Both the position numbers and the translations under genes were made by a program. Of a stretch of 64,000 bases of DNA, positions 1 to 12,338 are shown one piece after another (position 1 is the first letter of the stretch; each line of letters opens with the position of its first letter). The stretch is from Neoconidiobolus thromboides FSU 785 (Eukaryota; Fungi; Entomophthoromycota), in contig MU626260.1 of the NCBI GenBank assembly GCA_025603075.1, positions 186,001-250,000 on the forward strand, in the 5' to 3' direction. The notes under the pieces were generated by a model. The model was not told where the DNA came from. It saw only the letters and a program-made list of their open reading frames with translations, and made no database searches.

Positions 1-3000
1 AGTTGAACAAATTTACGTAAAGCATGAATGAGAGTAGTAGAAACCCAGATGATTGAATCTTCATGAGAAGCGAATTGTAATTTAGATTGTCTATTTGAAT
101 CACCCAAATTAGAAAAGATAGGAAATAACACTTCACTCAATAAATAATGCCAGAAGCTATCTGGGAATTCTTTTCCGCTTTGATTAAGATAGCCAAATAA
201 TTGATCGATGGCTCTGGTTCTTGCCTCAAGGTCAAGGACTTCCGACACCATTTCTAGGAGTCCATGGAAAATTGGGATCCAGAAGTTTAATTCAGGGAAA
301 CTTTCATGACTTTTAGCGTAAACACCCTCCTTAGCGAATCCCTTTGATGAAACAAGCTCTGGATGGAGTTTTGAAAACTCAATCATGCTATCAGAAGCTT
401 GACGATATACTTCAAACGCCTGTAATCCAACCTTATTATACCTATCATTTTTTGTGAATTGAGCCACGCAAATCAAAAAGCTTCCAAAGTTTTCTGGCTT
501 GGTTATTACATCGTTAAAATGGTCTTGATAAATCTTTTTAACTAAATCAAAAGATAAGGCAACAATTGCTTCATTATCATCTTGTGCTGCTTCTCCCAAA
601 ACAGCAAACATTGTTTTCCAACCAGATACAATATGACGCGAGCTTGATTTAATCATCTGTTTAAGACATTGTAGCACCATATCCTTAATAGTGAGAAGTT
701 TGGTATTTGAAATAATGTAGACAAAAGGAGAAAGGAATTCCTTTTGGAACTTGAAGTTAGATAATTCTTCCTTGTCCAAAAACTTGGAAGCCAATTGGCG
801 CAAAGAATCGATCACATATGAAGCAACTGCTTCATTACTATGACAACCTATCTTTTGGAACAAAGGCGAAATTATTCCCCATATCTCTTTCCACTCTAAA
901 CGAATACGGTTCATATTATAGTAAGCTACCTCCACTAATTTTTGTATAGCAAACATACGGGGCGAGGTTTGTGCTTTGCTCTTATCAAATGTAGTAGGTA
1001 TATCTTCCAATTCGTCCCAAGCAATTTGGGATAACGCTTTAATAAAATCTACAATACCACTTCCATTCAAATGAACAGAATAGGCAAATACTTTATCGAC
1101 GGAAATCAACATAGATTGGGAGTTACTCTCAACTAGTGCAATTTTAGTGAACCTTTTCGCTTGAGGATCTCTATGAGCCACTAATGAACGATCTCTGCCA
1201 TTGCTAGTAGCAGAAAAGTTAGGGATAAGCTGTAATCTAACCAAATGATTGACAATCTGCAATATATCCGTCCAACAATTTTTAAGATTGTTACCTTCTT
1301 CTACAGAGATATCTAAAATGGTACGTATGGCTTCCAAGTTTTTTGCTTTCATTTCCATGATATTGGCTAAAAAGCAGAAGTTGCTTAAAGCATTAATTAA
1401 GGCATTTCTAGCTAAGTCCAAATCAAAGAAACTAGCGATATGAATTGCATGTCGGAATCCATCCAAACAATAAGCAATAATCTTTGGATTGTCATTTGAT
1501 TTAAGTAAAGCTGAAAAAGTAGCTAAGCAAGCCATCCAGCATACTTCAAACATGGGGCGAACATGTTCATAATGAGAAGCACTATAAAATACTGAGGTGA
1601 TACCAGCACCGTTTCTATTGGCTTTACGGCTGATCATCTTTTTCAAAATTTTTTCAGCGTTGTTTTGTAATTGTAAGGAGCTGGCTTGGGCATCTTGGTT
1701 CTTCTTGTTACGTGTGCCTAAGATGTCGAATTGAGCAGCTAAGGTAGCTGGGGTATTAGAACGGCTAGCTGCACTAGAAGTTTCATAAGGATCATCTTTA
1801 AGTTTAATTTCTTTTGCAGAAATCTGATGATAAATTTCATTTAAAAATTCTTCGGGGATATCTGCCCCATCGTCAATTCCACGATTGTTTTTTATAAAGT
1901 CTTCTTGAGTCATTCTCTTTTTAACTTGAGGGTTATATAAATCAGTATTTAACATAATAACTGAGTAACCTAAAACGTAGGCGGTATCTGCGTTTACAAA
2001 GACATCAGGGTTTTGTCCTACATAACGTTCAGCGAACTTTAGCATAAATCGATCGATCTTTTGAGCTTCCCCAGGTAAGCGGAATGTTTGCAAAAACTTT
2101 CTTAATGCTGGTACAAACTCTAACCCTGTAAAGTCTAATTGATCAACAAAGGCATGCATAATGTCAATGTTTACTACATCCCCTTCACCAAGATATTCTC
2201 CTAAAACATTTTTATTGAGGTCAGGTGATTCCAACAAGAACTTGGCAATGTCTTGTGGATCAGAACTGGGTATGATCCCACTCTTTAATAAGCTTTCAAT
2301 ACCTCTTTTTGGTTTACGGTTGAAGATATCAATCGCTACTTGGAGAGCCTGCTTCTGAATCTTATTTTGTTCAAAGTGATTGGGATCGTCATACACTGGT
2401 GATAAGGTTCTAAAGTCGCTGTCAGATACTTCTGATGGGTAAATAGTGCCAGTTTCAGTGGCAGCGTCATCCAAAGCTTCTTCAGTTAGGTTCACACTAT
2501 CAGATCTCTGATCTGAGTTTGCTTTGCCTTTATTACTCCAGCGAACTAATGAACTTAAGATACTCACAAGTGTATCAAGAGCACGAATCTGAAGGTTAGC
2601 TGGATTAAACGAAGCACGTGAGAAAAAAGAGTTAGATAAATAAGTGTGAGTAAATTTATCGGAAGTAAGAGAAGGCAAATTCAATAAATCAGCTCTATTA
2701 AGGCCTTTAGCAGTAGCCTGGAAAGAATCTTGTTCTTCCCAAATTAAAGCAGGTGTATCTTCTATATCTTGTTCGCTTACACTGGAAACCAATTTAGAAA
2801 CTGAGCTTGTTAAATGTTCAAAGATATTATTATTTAAGGAACCTCGATCACAATCATAATTTAAATAGATTTCAACTAGCATTTGAGGGTCATGACTCAA
2901 TTTTGAAAGAAACATAGTAAACAAAATATGCTTTTGATGTTGGATGCCAGATGGCTTCATTTCCAAGACTGGGATGATAATTTCCTTAAGGTAAACCTCA

Positions 3001-4586
3001 ATTTCACCCTTTAAGTGAGAACGAAGGTTACACATCACGGACTCAAAGACGGCTAAAGCCAATTCAAAGATTTTTGGAGTTGTAGAAACTAAATTCCTTG
3101 AAAGACATAATCCAAAGTAAGGTTTCACAGCAACCAAAAAAGTTTCTTCTCTCACTGTGCGATTCAAGTCATTATCACCAGGAGTTAAAAAGAATACCTT
3201 TGAGTTTATAAAAACATCAGAAAATTCAGTAACGATGATAAGAATGAGATATAAAGATAATAATTTAGATCTCAATGACATGGAACGTGATTCAAGGGTA
3301 GCATCGGTTCTAAAAGGCTTAATAGAAAGCTTACAGAGTGCTCTGAATAATAAAAAGCCATCAAGAACATTGAGGTCACTTGTATTGTCACATATATTTC
3401 CTTGAACTTGAGCATTGGCTGCTGCTTCTGCTGCTTTGCCACCAATCGCCTCTAGCGTTAATTTATTATCTTCTAAATTATCTGAGATATTTATTAATTT
3501 ATTACTATCTATTAAATTAGAAATACTGACCTTTTTTTGGTTCATCTGCTTCATCATCGCTATCACTAGCATAGTTGACTATCGATCCACTATTATTTGA
3601 TTTATAGCTTGCTATAGATGGTGCCCTTTGAGGCTTTGGTCTTGAAACTGGCTTAATACGACCAAAAACAGAACGAGACATTTGAATCAAAGTTCCTTGA
3701 GCAACGATCTGATTACTGATATCGCGTGATAACAAAAAAATATTATATAAAGTTCTAATCGCATTTAAAAGGGCTTCTTGATGAATAATGGTTGTGTTCG
3801 AAGAAACAGCAGCAACTAAGCCCTATAAAGATGGCCTTAAATTTTGCTCAAAAAATAAATGGGTATTTTACCTTCATAATTTGAGTTTGTAATCTTTCGT
3901 CAGTGTTCTCACCTTTAAAACAATCACAAATGGCCATCACTGCCTTATCAATAGGGCTTCGTTCTTTCTTTTCACCTTTAGTTTCGATTTTTAAACCAGA
4001 AGAAAGTAGGACCTCACTTGGTAGATAATCGTAAGTGATTAATTTACTCAAACCGTCCAAAGCCAATAAAGTTAAGGTTTGTGATCCCGATTTGCAACAT
4101 GCAATTAAAGGATCGAGGATAACGTCAGTATTGTGAGAGAGTTGACTAGGAAATAAAATAAGCTAAGTAAATTTTAAAAAAATATCTCTTACGCTCTTTC
4201 TCGACAAAATCCTTCTGTTTTTGACAAATCTAATAAATATTAAAATTGAATTTTGTTTTATAGTATTGATTAATTCAATTACCTAAAGCACGCTGAGTAG
4301 ACTCTTTAATAGTAGGGTAACGACTGATAGATTTTGATTTTAAAATTTCGTCAAAAAAGCTCAATAAAAACACATGTGAAGAAACAGGTGAAGCGATATT
4401 AAACTGAGGGGGCTGTTGTTGTTGTGGGGTAGCTGGGGCTGTTCCAGATTCCACTGTTTTAAATGAATTAGGGGTACCAGAGCGAGGGGGTAATTCCTCG
4501 TTCAAAGTTTCATCAGCAATAGTTATAACTTCCTCACTAAAAAGACTTAGGTTAGTGGATTTTGGAATGGTGGTGGCCATGGACAT
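1..4586 (-). CDS. SEC7: Sec7/BIG-type large ARF guanine-nucleotide exchange factor, 3' end beyond window start; 5 exons (about 4586-4283, 4229-4193, 4145-3872, 3822-3531, 3472-<1)
   Basis: Minus-strand translation gives DGFLLFRALCKLSIKP (Sec7_N region), YLNYDCDRGS, and the Sec7 motif FRLPGEAQKIDRFMLKFAERY at about 2030-2095. GT-AG introns identified by eye. Confidence 0.93.
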
Positions 4587-5732
4587 AATATAGTTTAAGT
4601 TTTAACAACTTTTCAAAAAAAAAAGAAATTATGGTTGTTAATTTAATTGTCTATTTTTTATTAAATTTACTTTTGAGTAGCCATTGAATTCTTAATCTAT
4701 CAAGAACCTTTTTTTAGAAATGCCTATTCCTTGAGGTTGGATTGGCTTTTATAGACCAAATCAAGCGTACACGCAATTTTATTTGTTCTGAAATTATTTG
4801 CCAAATTAACTTGAAGCTGGTTTTGTAATTTCCTGTTCTTAATATTACTTTTGCTAATGTGACCTTGAAACTGTTTATTAAGAATCTCAGAATAAAAAGA
4901 TATATGGTGAAATCAGTATTGAAGTGATATAGTTTATATTTGTAATTTGTGTATTGTTATAACCTTACTTATTTAAAGGCAATACATGAAAGAAAAAATC
5001 TTTCATATAATAAATAATACTACACGAGTAAACTCAAAAAATCATAAAAAACATCCCACAAAAAATAGTATTATAAAAATTAGTCTAATAAAACGATTTT
5101 AATATTAAATATCAATACATTTTCACTTAATTGAATAACGTTTTAATGGGTATAAGTACTATTGTATAAGATAAAGCTTTTAATATATTGACTATATTCA
5201 GCCAATTGTTTAATTGATTAAAAGCCACAATATTTGTTCCAGAAATAAACTCGTGATTTAAATAAACCTTTTAAGGTAAGAAAGACAAATGCCTGTTTAT
5301 TTGTGGCCTGTAATGGCTCTAGTTGTAATAATTTTTAAAATCTTTAAACATCTCAATAAAGTGGAGAAATTGGCTTTGAGCGATGTTAATTATTATTGTT
5401 AATAAATTATTAGCCCTTCATACCCTAGGGATATTTTCATTTTAAAAATCTTCACAGTTAGCTCTCTTTTAAAGTTATAAAATATACCACTTGGCTTTCT
5501 TGCTTCAAAGTTCAATAAATAAAATAATATATTTAGCTAATTAGACAATTTATGGTTAGTTTAACATATAAAAAAATTCGGAAATTAAGTAATCTAATTT
5601 ATACCTATTTTTCATATAAAACAAAAATGATTATTACACTATTATACTATCATATTATACAAATAATCTTATTAGTAACGCAAAATAAATAAAAAATAAG
5701 ACTAAATAGTTGTGGATTTTTTTACTAAATAT

Positions 5733-5829
5733 GGGGGGTGTTTTTTAGCTTCATTACTTTTTCCATCTTTTAGCACTATTTGAGCAGAAAAATTATTAGT
5801 AAAATTCTTAAATATAAGTATACATCTCC
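5733..5829 (+). mobile_element. MITE copy 1 (99-bp family)
   Basis: GGGGGGTGT...ACATCTCC termini; family core CTTCATTACTTTTTCCAT...AAAATTATTAGTAAAATTCTTAAA; flanked by AATAT on both sides. Confidence 0.85.
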
Positions 5830-6879
5830 AATATTTAGAATACCACGAAAAATTATAAAATTTACAAATATCAATCATTTGTCAAATAAAAATAAGAAAT
5901 TTAATACAACCAAATGTTATTCATCAATTTAAATAAATAAACAAATGAATTTGGTAATTTTTTAAAATCAAAGGTTCTAAGAACTTGTATTTTCTATTTT
6001 GTCAAAAGAAGAGAATCTTCCACGAAGGAGCGGTTTAAGTCACCATAATAACTTGAGTTTTAAATAACTAGGTTTTTTGATTTTAAAGTTTAAAGGCTTC
6101 GCATTTATTTACTTAAAGTGACCAAGGCTGTGTAAGATCAAAAAGTTCAAATATAGATAGTGTTTCCAAAAGAGCAGAAAATGACTGAAAAATTGGATGA
6201 CTAAAGTTATTGAAAAATGGTTTAAGAGAGTGTAGTCAGGGTATTATTGTGGAAAGCGTTTCTAAGAATCCCAAATTTTAGTTTGATAGAACATATTTTA
6301 AACACTAGTATACGAAGTCTAAAGGAAAAAGTCTTATGGTTTATAAGCCAAGTTATAGTTTCTTCTGAATTTTATTATAGATATTTAATAAAGATCTCAA
6401 ATATTTTACACTATTGATAAAATAGTTTAAAATAAATAAGGAATCCTTTATAGCTTAAAGTTCTAATCAGTCTTTTTTTCAAAATTTAAGCTTAAAAAAT
6501 GAGTAAATAAACAGTATTTTGAGCGTATATTTTTAAATAAAAAGAGTGAGTAGCTAAAATAAAATAGCATCCCCACATATCGTACTAATTGAACATATCA
6601 AATTATAAGATAATTACGATATCTGTTCCAAACTGTATATCAAGGATGCTTTATTGAAACAGTTTCTTTAGTAAATTCAAAATTTGTTAAAGGATTCTTT
6701 TAAAAATACATATTGAATCGAAAGCCAGTCTAAATCCTTTTACTATAAGATAAAAAATAAAAAATAAGAAATGATAAATAAATAAATATTACATGAACGT
6801 CATAAATTTTAAAAGGTTATATATTGTAATAACAGTATTTAATAAAAATAACAAAGCTAAAATTAGATTTTCTATATAT

Positions 6880-6978
6880 GGGGATGTATTTTTGTGTTTA
6901 AGAATTTTACTAATAATTTTTCTGCTCAAATGGCGCTTAAAAGGTGGAAAAAGTAATGAAACCAAAAAAAACATCCCC
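6880..6978 (-). mobile_element. MITE copy 2 (reference copy, perfect termini)
   Basis: GGGGATGT(6880)...ACATCCCC(6978), 99 bp, ATAT direct repeat at 6876-6879 and 6979-6982. Confidence 0.9.
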
Positions 6979-8637
6979 ATATATTCAAATTTAAATACAC
7001 TAAAGTTTATGGTTAATATTTAAAAAACTGAGGGTCATTTTTAAACTTAGATGTAAATCTAATTTTTATTTTAGTGTCTGTTTATTTTATAAGATTTCTA
7101 AAAACTAAACTATTTTTAAACATAAAATACACTAAAGAGTTTAAAAGAAAATTAGACCATGAACAATAATAATTTTTTTAAGCGCTATTCTAAAAAATAT
7201 ATACAAAATAGAAACAATACGATTACATCTTTTTAATTTCAAAGCTTATGATATTTTTTTTAGTTAAGGACCTTTCTACCTTAAACTAACTATTTTTTTG
7301 GTAATTAATAATACTATGTAATGTCTTTAAAAAAACAGTAAATCTACATATATTTCCTGAAAATCAGACAGTTCATATTATATTTATAAAATACAATAGT
7401 ATAAACTCATATCTTTCACTTTGACTTTTACAAAGATCAAGGGGTTAATGAAAAAATCAAAGTGTATGTGGCATAATAACTTTAGAATTGTTAAAATAAT
7501 CGCTTAAAATGACAATAACTCAATTGATGTTTATAACTATTTAAAGGCAAAAAAGTAATTTATTAATTTAAGCCCTAATTACAGAATCGGATGATGGAGA
7601 TGAACATGGTTAACTTCAATTGCCCTTTAATCAAAGGCAAATTGGGTAGTTTGTGGACTCAATTTAATCACAGGGTAAAAATGGAGTATTGTTCTAAATA
7701 AGTAAAACTAGTAACATTGCTGGTGTTAAATTTAATTTAGAATGAGTATTTGAGTTGGTTTGATAGCAAAGGGGGTCTAATTGAATCTAGATCTTTAATT
7801 CAAAATGAATTAGACAGCTTTTTATCCCATCTTTGTTTGGTGAATTTATGCTATTTATAATGTATTTTGTTTAAATATTAAATCATCTATATATTATTTA
7901 ATAGTTTATGTTTTTCGAAACTATAGCCTACATTAGATATAGTAGTTATAATTAAATAGGTTAATGACTATTGAATAGTTATAAAGTACAAGCTAAAAAT
8001 AGCAAAAGTGAAATCCAGATTAGAGATCTACAAAAAAAGTTTGTATTTGATAAGCATGGCTGAAGCATAATATTCCTTAACTTTATTTACTTCTTTGATT
8101 AAACTTTAATAACGTTAAAGAAAATATCCCCAACTTTCTTATGATAAAAAATAAAAATAAGATATTAGAAATATAAACTTGTATTAATTAAACTTGACAA
8201 AAGTTGATTAATTTTTATTCATTAACTATATAATGATATAAATAATAATTATAATTATAATTATAATTATTTTTACATTTGATATTACAGTCTAAAATTT
8301 TATTATAAAATAATAGAAAGATAAATAACAAATACTTAACCATTCTTAGATAAAAAATTGACTAAAATTAAGAATAAATGGGAATGTAGCAGGAGGGTGG
8401 AAGGTAAATAATGTTAACTAAAAAAGTAAAGAAGTAAGACGTTAGAATTATCGATAATATGAGTAATGAAAGGGGGGTTAAAAAAGAAAATTTAAAGTAT
8501 AAATAGTAGTGGAAATAAAGATTTTTCAGTGTTGATAGAGTTTTGTTTTGATTATTACCCAAGCTTATTTTATTTTTATTTTACCTTTATATTCATATAC
8601 AAAAGTTTTATAATATTGATAGATCTTCCTTTTTACT

Positions 8638-9366
8638 ATGAATCCTTGTGAACCTTTTTTTGATCCTTTTTACTTTAATAACAATGCAAACAAATACTAT
8701 AGCGCAGGTCATAGTCCAGTTGAGCTAAACTCCAAGTCTTCTATAAATTTTAATAATAACAAAAGTTGGCCAAACCCTAGACTTGATATTGAAATAAATT
8801 CGTTACCACCAATAAGGGATTACAATAAAGTTAATAAAATATTAGATGGTAGCAAACCGTTAACATTGGAGCCTGCTGCTTACGACGCTAAAGGAAAAAA
8901 TGAACTTAACCACATTTTAAATCATAACAATGAAGCTAACTATATGGCAGATGAAAGTAATTTGAATCACATTAACAATAATAACAACAACTATATAAAT
9001 CATTATCCTCCTTATTACATGAATAGCCATAATCCTAACAATGAATTGAATAATAGTTCTATGACTAATAACTTGAACCCCGTTCAGTCATTACCTATTC
9101 TTTATAATACATTAAGACCAGCTACATTAGTTCGCTATCACTCACAAAATAATAATCTTAATTTATGGAAACCATTCCGATGTGAAATGTGCTTTCAGAG
9201 ATTTGGAAGAGCACACGATTTGAAAAGACACCATAACATTCATTTGAACTTTAAACCATATCACTGTAATCAATGCGATAAACAATTTTCACGATTAGAT
9301 GCATTAAAGAGGCACCAAAATACCAAAAAATGTAAATTGAATTCGGCACTTAAGAAATTGTCATAG
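8638..9366 (+). CDS. C2H2 zinc-finger transcription factor (two C-terminal fingers, Asn-rich N-terminus), intronless
   Basis: FRCEMCFQRFGRAHDLKRHHNIH-LNFKP-YHCNQCDKQFSRLDALKRHQNTKKC. Confidence 0.85.
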   Translation: MNPCEPFFDPFYFNNNANKYYSAGHSPVELNSKSSINFNNNKSWPNPRLDIEINSLPPIRDYNKVNKILDGSKPLTLEPAAYDAKGKNELNHILNHNNEANYMADESNLNHINNNNNNYINHYPPYYMNSHNPNNELNNSSMTNNLNPVQSLPILYNTLRPATLVRYHSQNNNLNLWKPFRCEMCFQRFGRAHDLKRHHNIHLNFKPYHCNQCDKQFSRLDALKRHQNTKKCKLNSALKKLS

Positions 9367-10183
9367 TTCGATTTGAACAGAATTTGATAGCTAAATTATT
9401 TTATTTTATTTTATTCCTTATCCCTCGTGTTTTTTAATTAACTAGCTTTGGTCTTGTTTCTCCCCCTCTAATCAATTTTAATTGTTTTATTTAATGTTGC
9501 CTGGAGTAACTTTGGATTATCCTTTCTTTGTTTCCTTATAGAATAAATTACAAGTATATTTTTAGCCATTTTTTATTGTATTATCTCATTCATTCGGGGA
9601 ATTGGGGTTTCACTTAAGCTTAGATTTTAAACAGTCTTTTTTTAATTAACACTTTATTATATTCAACGGTTACGTTTAACATCATCTTTTATGATTAATT
9701 ATTTTCAGTTACTACAGATTCTAAAAGGAATAGAGTCATTTACAAACAAGTTTAATTAAAAAGCTTTTTAAGCTTAAAAACTCAAATAAAATTCCAGAAA
9801 TAACTTTTTATTATTTTTCAAAAAGGGATAGTTTTCTCAAAACTCGTTTGAATCACTAAAGTTTACTTGAGTTAATAAAGAAAATGATGTTTTAACTTAA
9901 TCTAGTTAATTTTTCAATAATTGTTGAAATAGTTTTTTCGTAATATTTAATATCAGTATAGCAACTTATTTAATTTTAGCCCAAGTATTAATAGTTTAAC
10001 AAAAAAATGTGGTTACTTTAAGTTAGAATCTGTAATAACACATGGAACTTACTTAAAATAAGTATATGAGGTGAACGACAATACCTTAATTAATCGGATA
10101 TCCTTTTATAATTATTGGCTTTCCATCAAGGACTTAATTTTATTTAAAAACCTTAATTATTCAAATAATATTCATAAACATAG

Positions 10184-10280
10184 GAGGATGTTTTTTTTGA
10201 TTTCATTACTTTCCATTTTTTGAGCACTATTTAAGTGGAAAATTTATTAGTAAAATTCTTAAATAAAGAAATACATCCTC
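10184..10280 (+). mobile_element. MITE copy 3
   Basis: GAGGATGT...ACATCCTC termini with family core; target-site duplication degraded. Confidence 0.8.
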
Positions 10281-10396
10281 ATGAACTTAAAAAATAATCT
10301 CATTTTTATTTGTAAATTGCAGTTGATATAATTAAGTATAAAGTTATCTGAAAAAAATTTCATGTCTGATTTTTTTTAAAACTATTTAAAAAAGAT

Positions 10397-10486
10397 AGGA
10401 ATGTTTTTTTGGTTTCATCACTTTCTCTATTTTATAGGCACTGAGTAGAAAAGTTGTAAAATTTCTTAAACAAAAGAGAAATCCTC
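10397..10486 (+). mobile_element. MITE copy 4 (degenerate, internal deletions)
   Basis: AGGAATGTTTTTTTGGTTTCATCACTTT...AATCCTC. Confidence 0.65.
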
Positions 10487-10518
10487 ATAAAATTTTGAGT
10501 TCCAGCTAACAAATATTT

Positions 10519-10617
10519 GGGGATGTATTTTTGTATTTAAGAATTTTACTAATAATTTTTCCACTCAAATAGTGCTCAAAAGATAGAAAAAGTGATGAAG
10601 CCAAAAAAAACATCACC
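10519..10617 (-). mobile_element. MITE copy 5
   Basis: GGGGATGT...ACATCACC, 99 bp, non-palindromic direct repeat ATTT at 10515-10518 and 10618-10621. Confidence 0.9.
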
Positions 10618-10699
10618 ATTTATTATTTTTGTATTTAAAAAGGAAAGGATAAAGAACGAAGTTATAAATTCATTCTTTAGACTATACAACTTCTATTTA

Positions 10700-11950
10700 G
10701 GTATTAGTGGTTTTTAAAGTAGAAAAGTTATTTTAGAATGAAGTCTTTTTATGAGTCAATCTAAATTATTCAATAAAAGCTATTCTGTTCAAAACAAAAA
10801 TCTCTCCTATTAAAATTTGTATTTCAACTTTCTCTATTCTTTTACAGAACAAGTGCATCTAACAAACAGGAATCTTATTTTAAAAAAGCAAGAAACTAAT
10901 AAAAGTCCAATTATTTTCAAAAGTCTCCTCCTTTTCTAACATCATCTATACTGTTATTTTCATGTTATCTTTGCTTGCATTGATAAATAAATATACAAGG
11001 CCCTATGCTCTTATAAGCTTCAAAAAAATTTACTAAAAGATCAACTTTAAAAATTTATAAAGTTCAACATCAATTACTATTAACCCCTTCCCTTTCATTA
11101 CAAATTAATCCTACACTTCACTTCATAAAGCTAACTGGTTATTTGATTGGTTTAATTCTTGTCTATTGGCTAAAATTTTCGCAACAGTATTGAGTTGTCT
11201 TTTTTAGATAGTTGTTAAATCTCTAGTTATGTAATGCTAAATTTTTTGGTTTAATTTTTAAAAATTGCTTAATTAAAATTAACAAATACTTTAACTAATG
11301 TTGGATGGTCTCTACCCGTCTAATACTTAAGTAGGCCTCAAGGTTTCAGATGGGCAGAAGCTGTCCAAATGAGTAAACAGATTAGCTTTATCTGAAGCTT
11401 ATAAGGTTTAATAGATCAACAACTTATTAAAAGAACATTCAAATGATTTTGTCAAAGTATAATAAACATCATAAGCAACAGCTAAAAAGTTTAATTGAAG
11501 ACGAGACATTTAGCATATAAATGAAAATTTATAATGATGTCAGTTATTCAATCACCTTATTAGGTTCAATTTCCAATATTGATGTCTTCTAGGAGAACTC
11601 CTTCTAAAAAACTCAATAGCTATTCTACCAATTATAGTTGATCATGGATAGTAGTAGTTTACCAAAAGAATTTGCATTAAGGTGATTTTTTAAATCTAAA
11701 CGATAAATCCTTTCAACTTTAGTCAAGAAAATCAATAACTTCCTTTATCCATCCAACGCCTGCCTTCAATATCAGTTAAACTCTTATATAAATAAATTAC
11801 TAGACCTTTTAAAACTTTCCTCCCTTTCCTCCAATCCTTGTAATTAAAACTTACCTTTAATTGATTCATTTTTGTATAAATTATCAGTTGATAATCCTCC
11901 CACATCTTCCCTATTCCATCCTTGGAAGTCTCTATATAAAAACAAACATT
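10700..11950 (-). mobile_element. Highly decayed non-LTR (L1/Tx1-like) retrotransposon relic
   Basis: Minus-strand fragments in LINE ORF2 order: TKVERIY (about 11700-11723, like endonuclease xRIDRIY), YWKLN (about 11564-11578), VAKILANR (11159-11185, RT motif), GLIVIDVE (about 11065-11088, like xDFEK). Many stops and frameshifts; boundaries approximate. Confidence 0.4.
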
Positions 11951-12338
11951 AAACAGTTGTCCTTAACCTTTTACACTTCAGAAAAGGGATCTTGACTTTT
12001 GAGTATCTATATTTGGTTTTACCTTACCTCCTTTATTTTTTCATTTTTATATTACTTTCGCCTAGTTCCATAAATAAAATACTCGAGGGTTCGTGTTTCT
12101 TCGAGGTTTAAAAGAAAAAACCTAAAACTGATCGAAAAAGTAATTGATATCTAAAATTGTCAAGTATTTAAAGCAATATAATACAAACCAATATACACTT
12201 TTTATATTTAACAACTTATTTATTAAAAAATATAATAAAAAGATTAAGGCTAATACATATAAAATTTATAAAAGAATACTATCTAGTTTAGCATATAAAC
12301 TATTTAAAAAAACAGGATAAAAAATAAGCAATACCCAA

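Noticed and set aside
1249-3600. Plus-strand ORFs 1249-1443, 2161-2358, 3157-3405, 3415-3600
   Set aside because: Antisense shadows of the SEC7 coding exon with no recognisable motifs.
5427-5500. Possible additional MITE fragments (AGGGATATTTTC at about 5427, GAGGGTGTATTC at about 45881, ACATCCCAC at about 5051)
   Set aside because: Only one terminus-like match each and no recognisable core; not counted.
6150-6280. NWMTKVIEKWF...VLLWKAF fragment reminiscent of a pogo/DDE_1 transposase, lying between MITE copies 1 and 2
   Set aside because: Two short motifs in different frames with no further support. A frameshift-aware HMM search would be needed, so it is not called.
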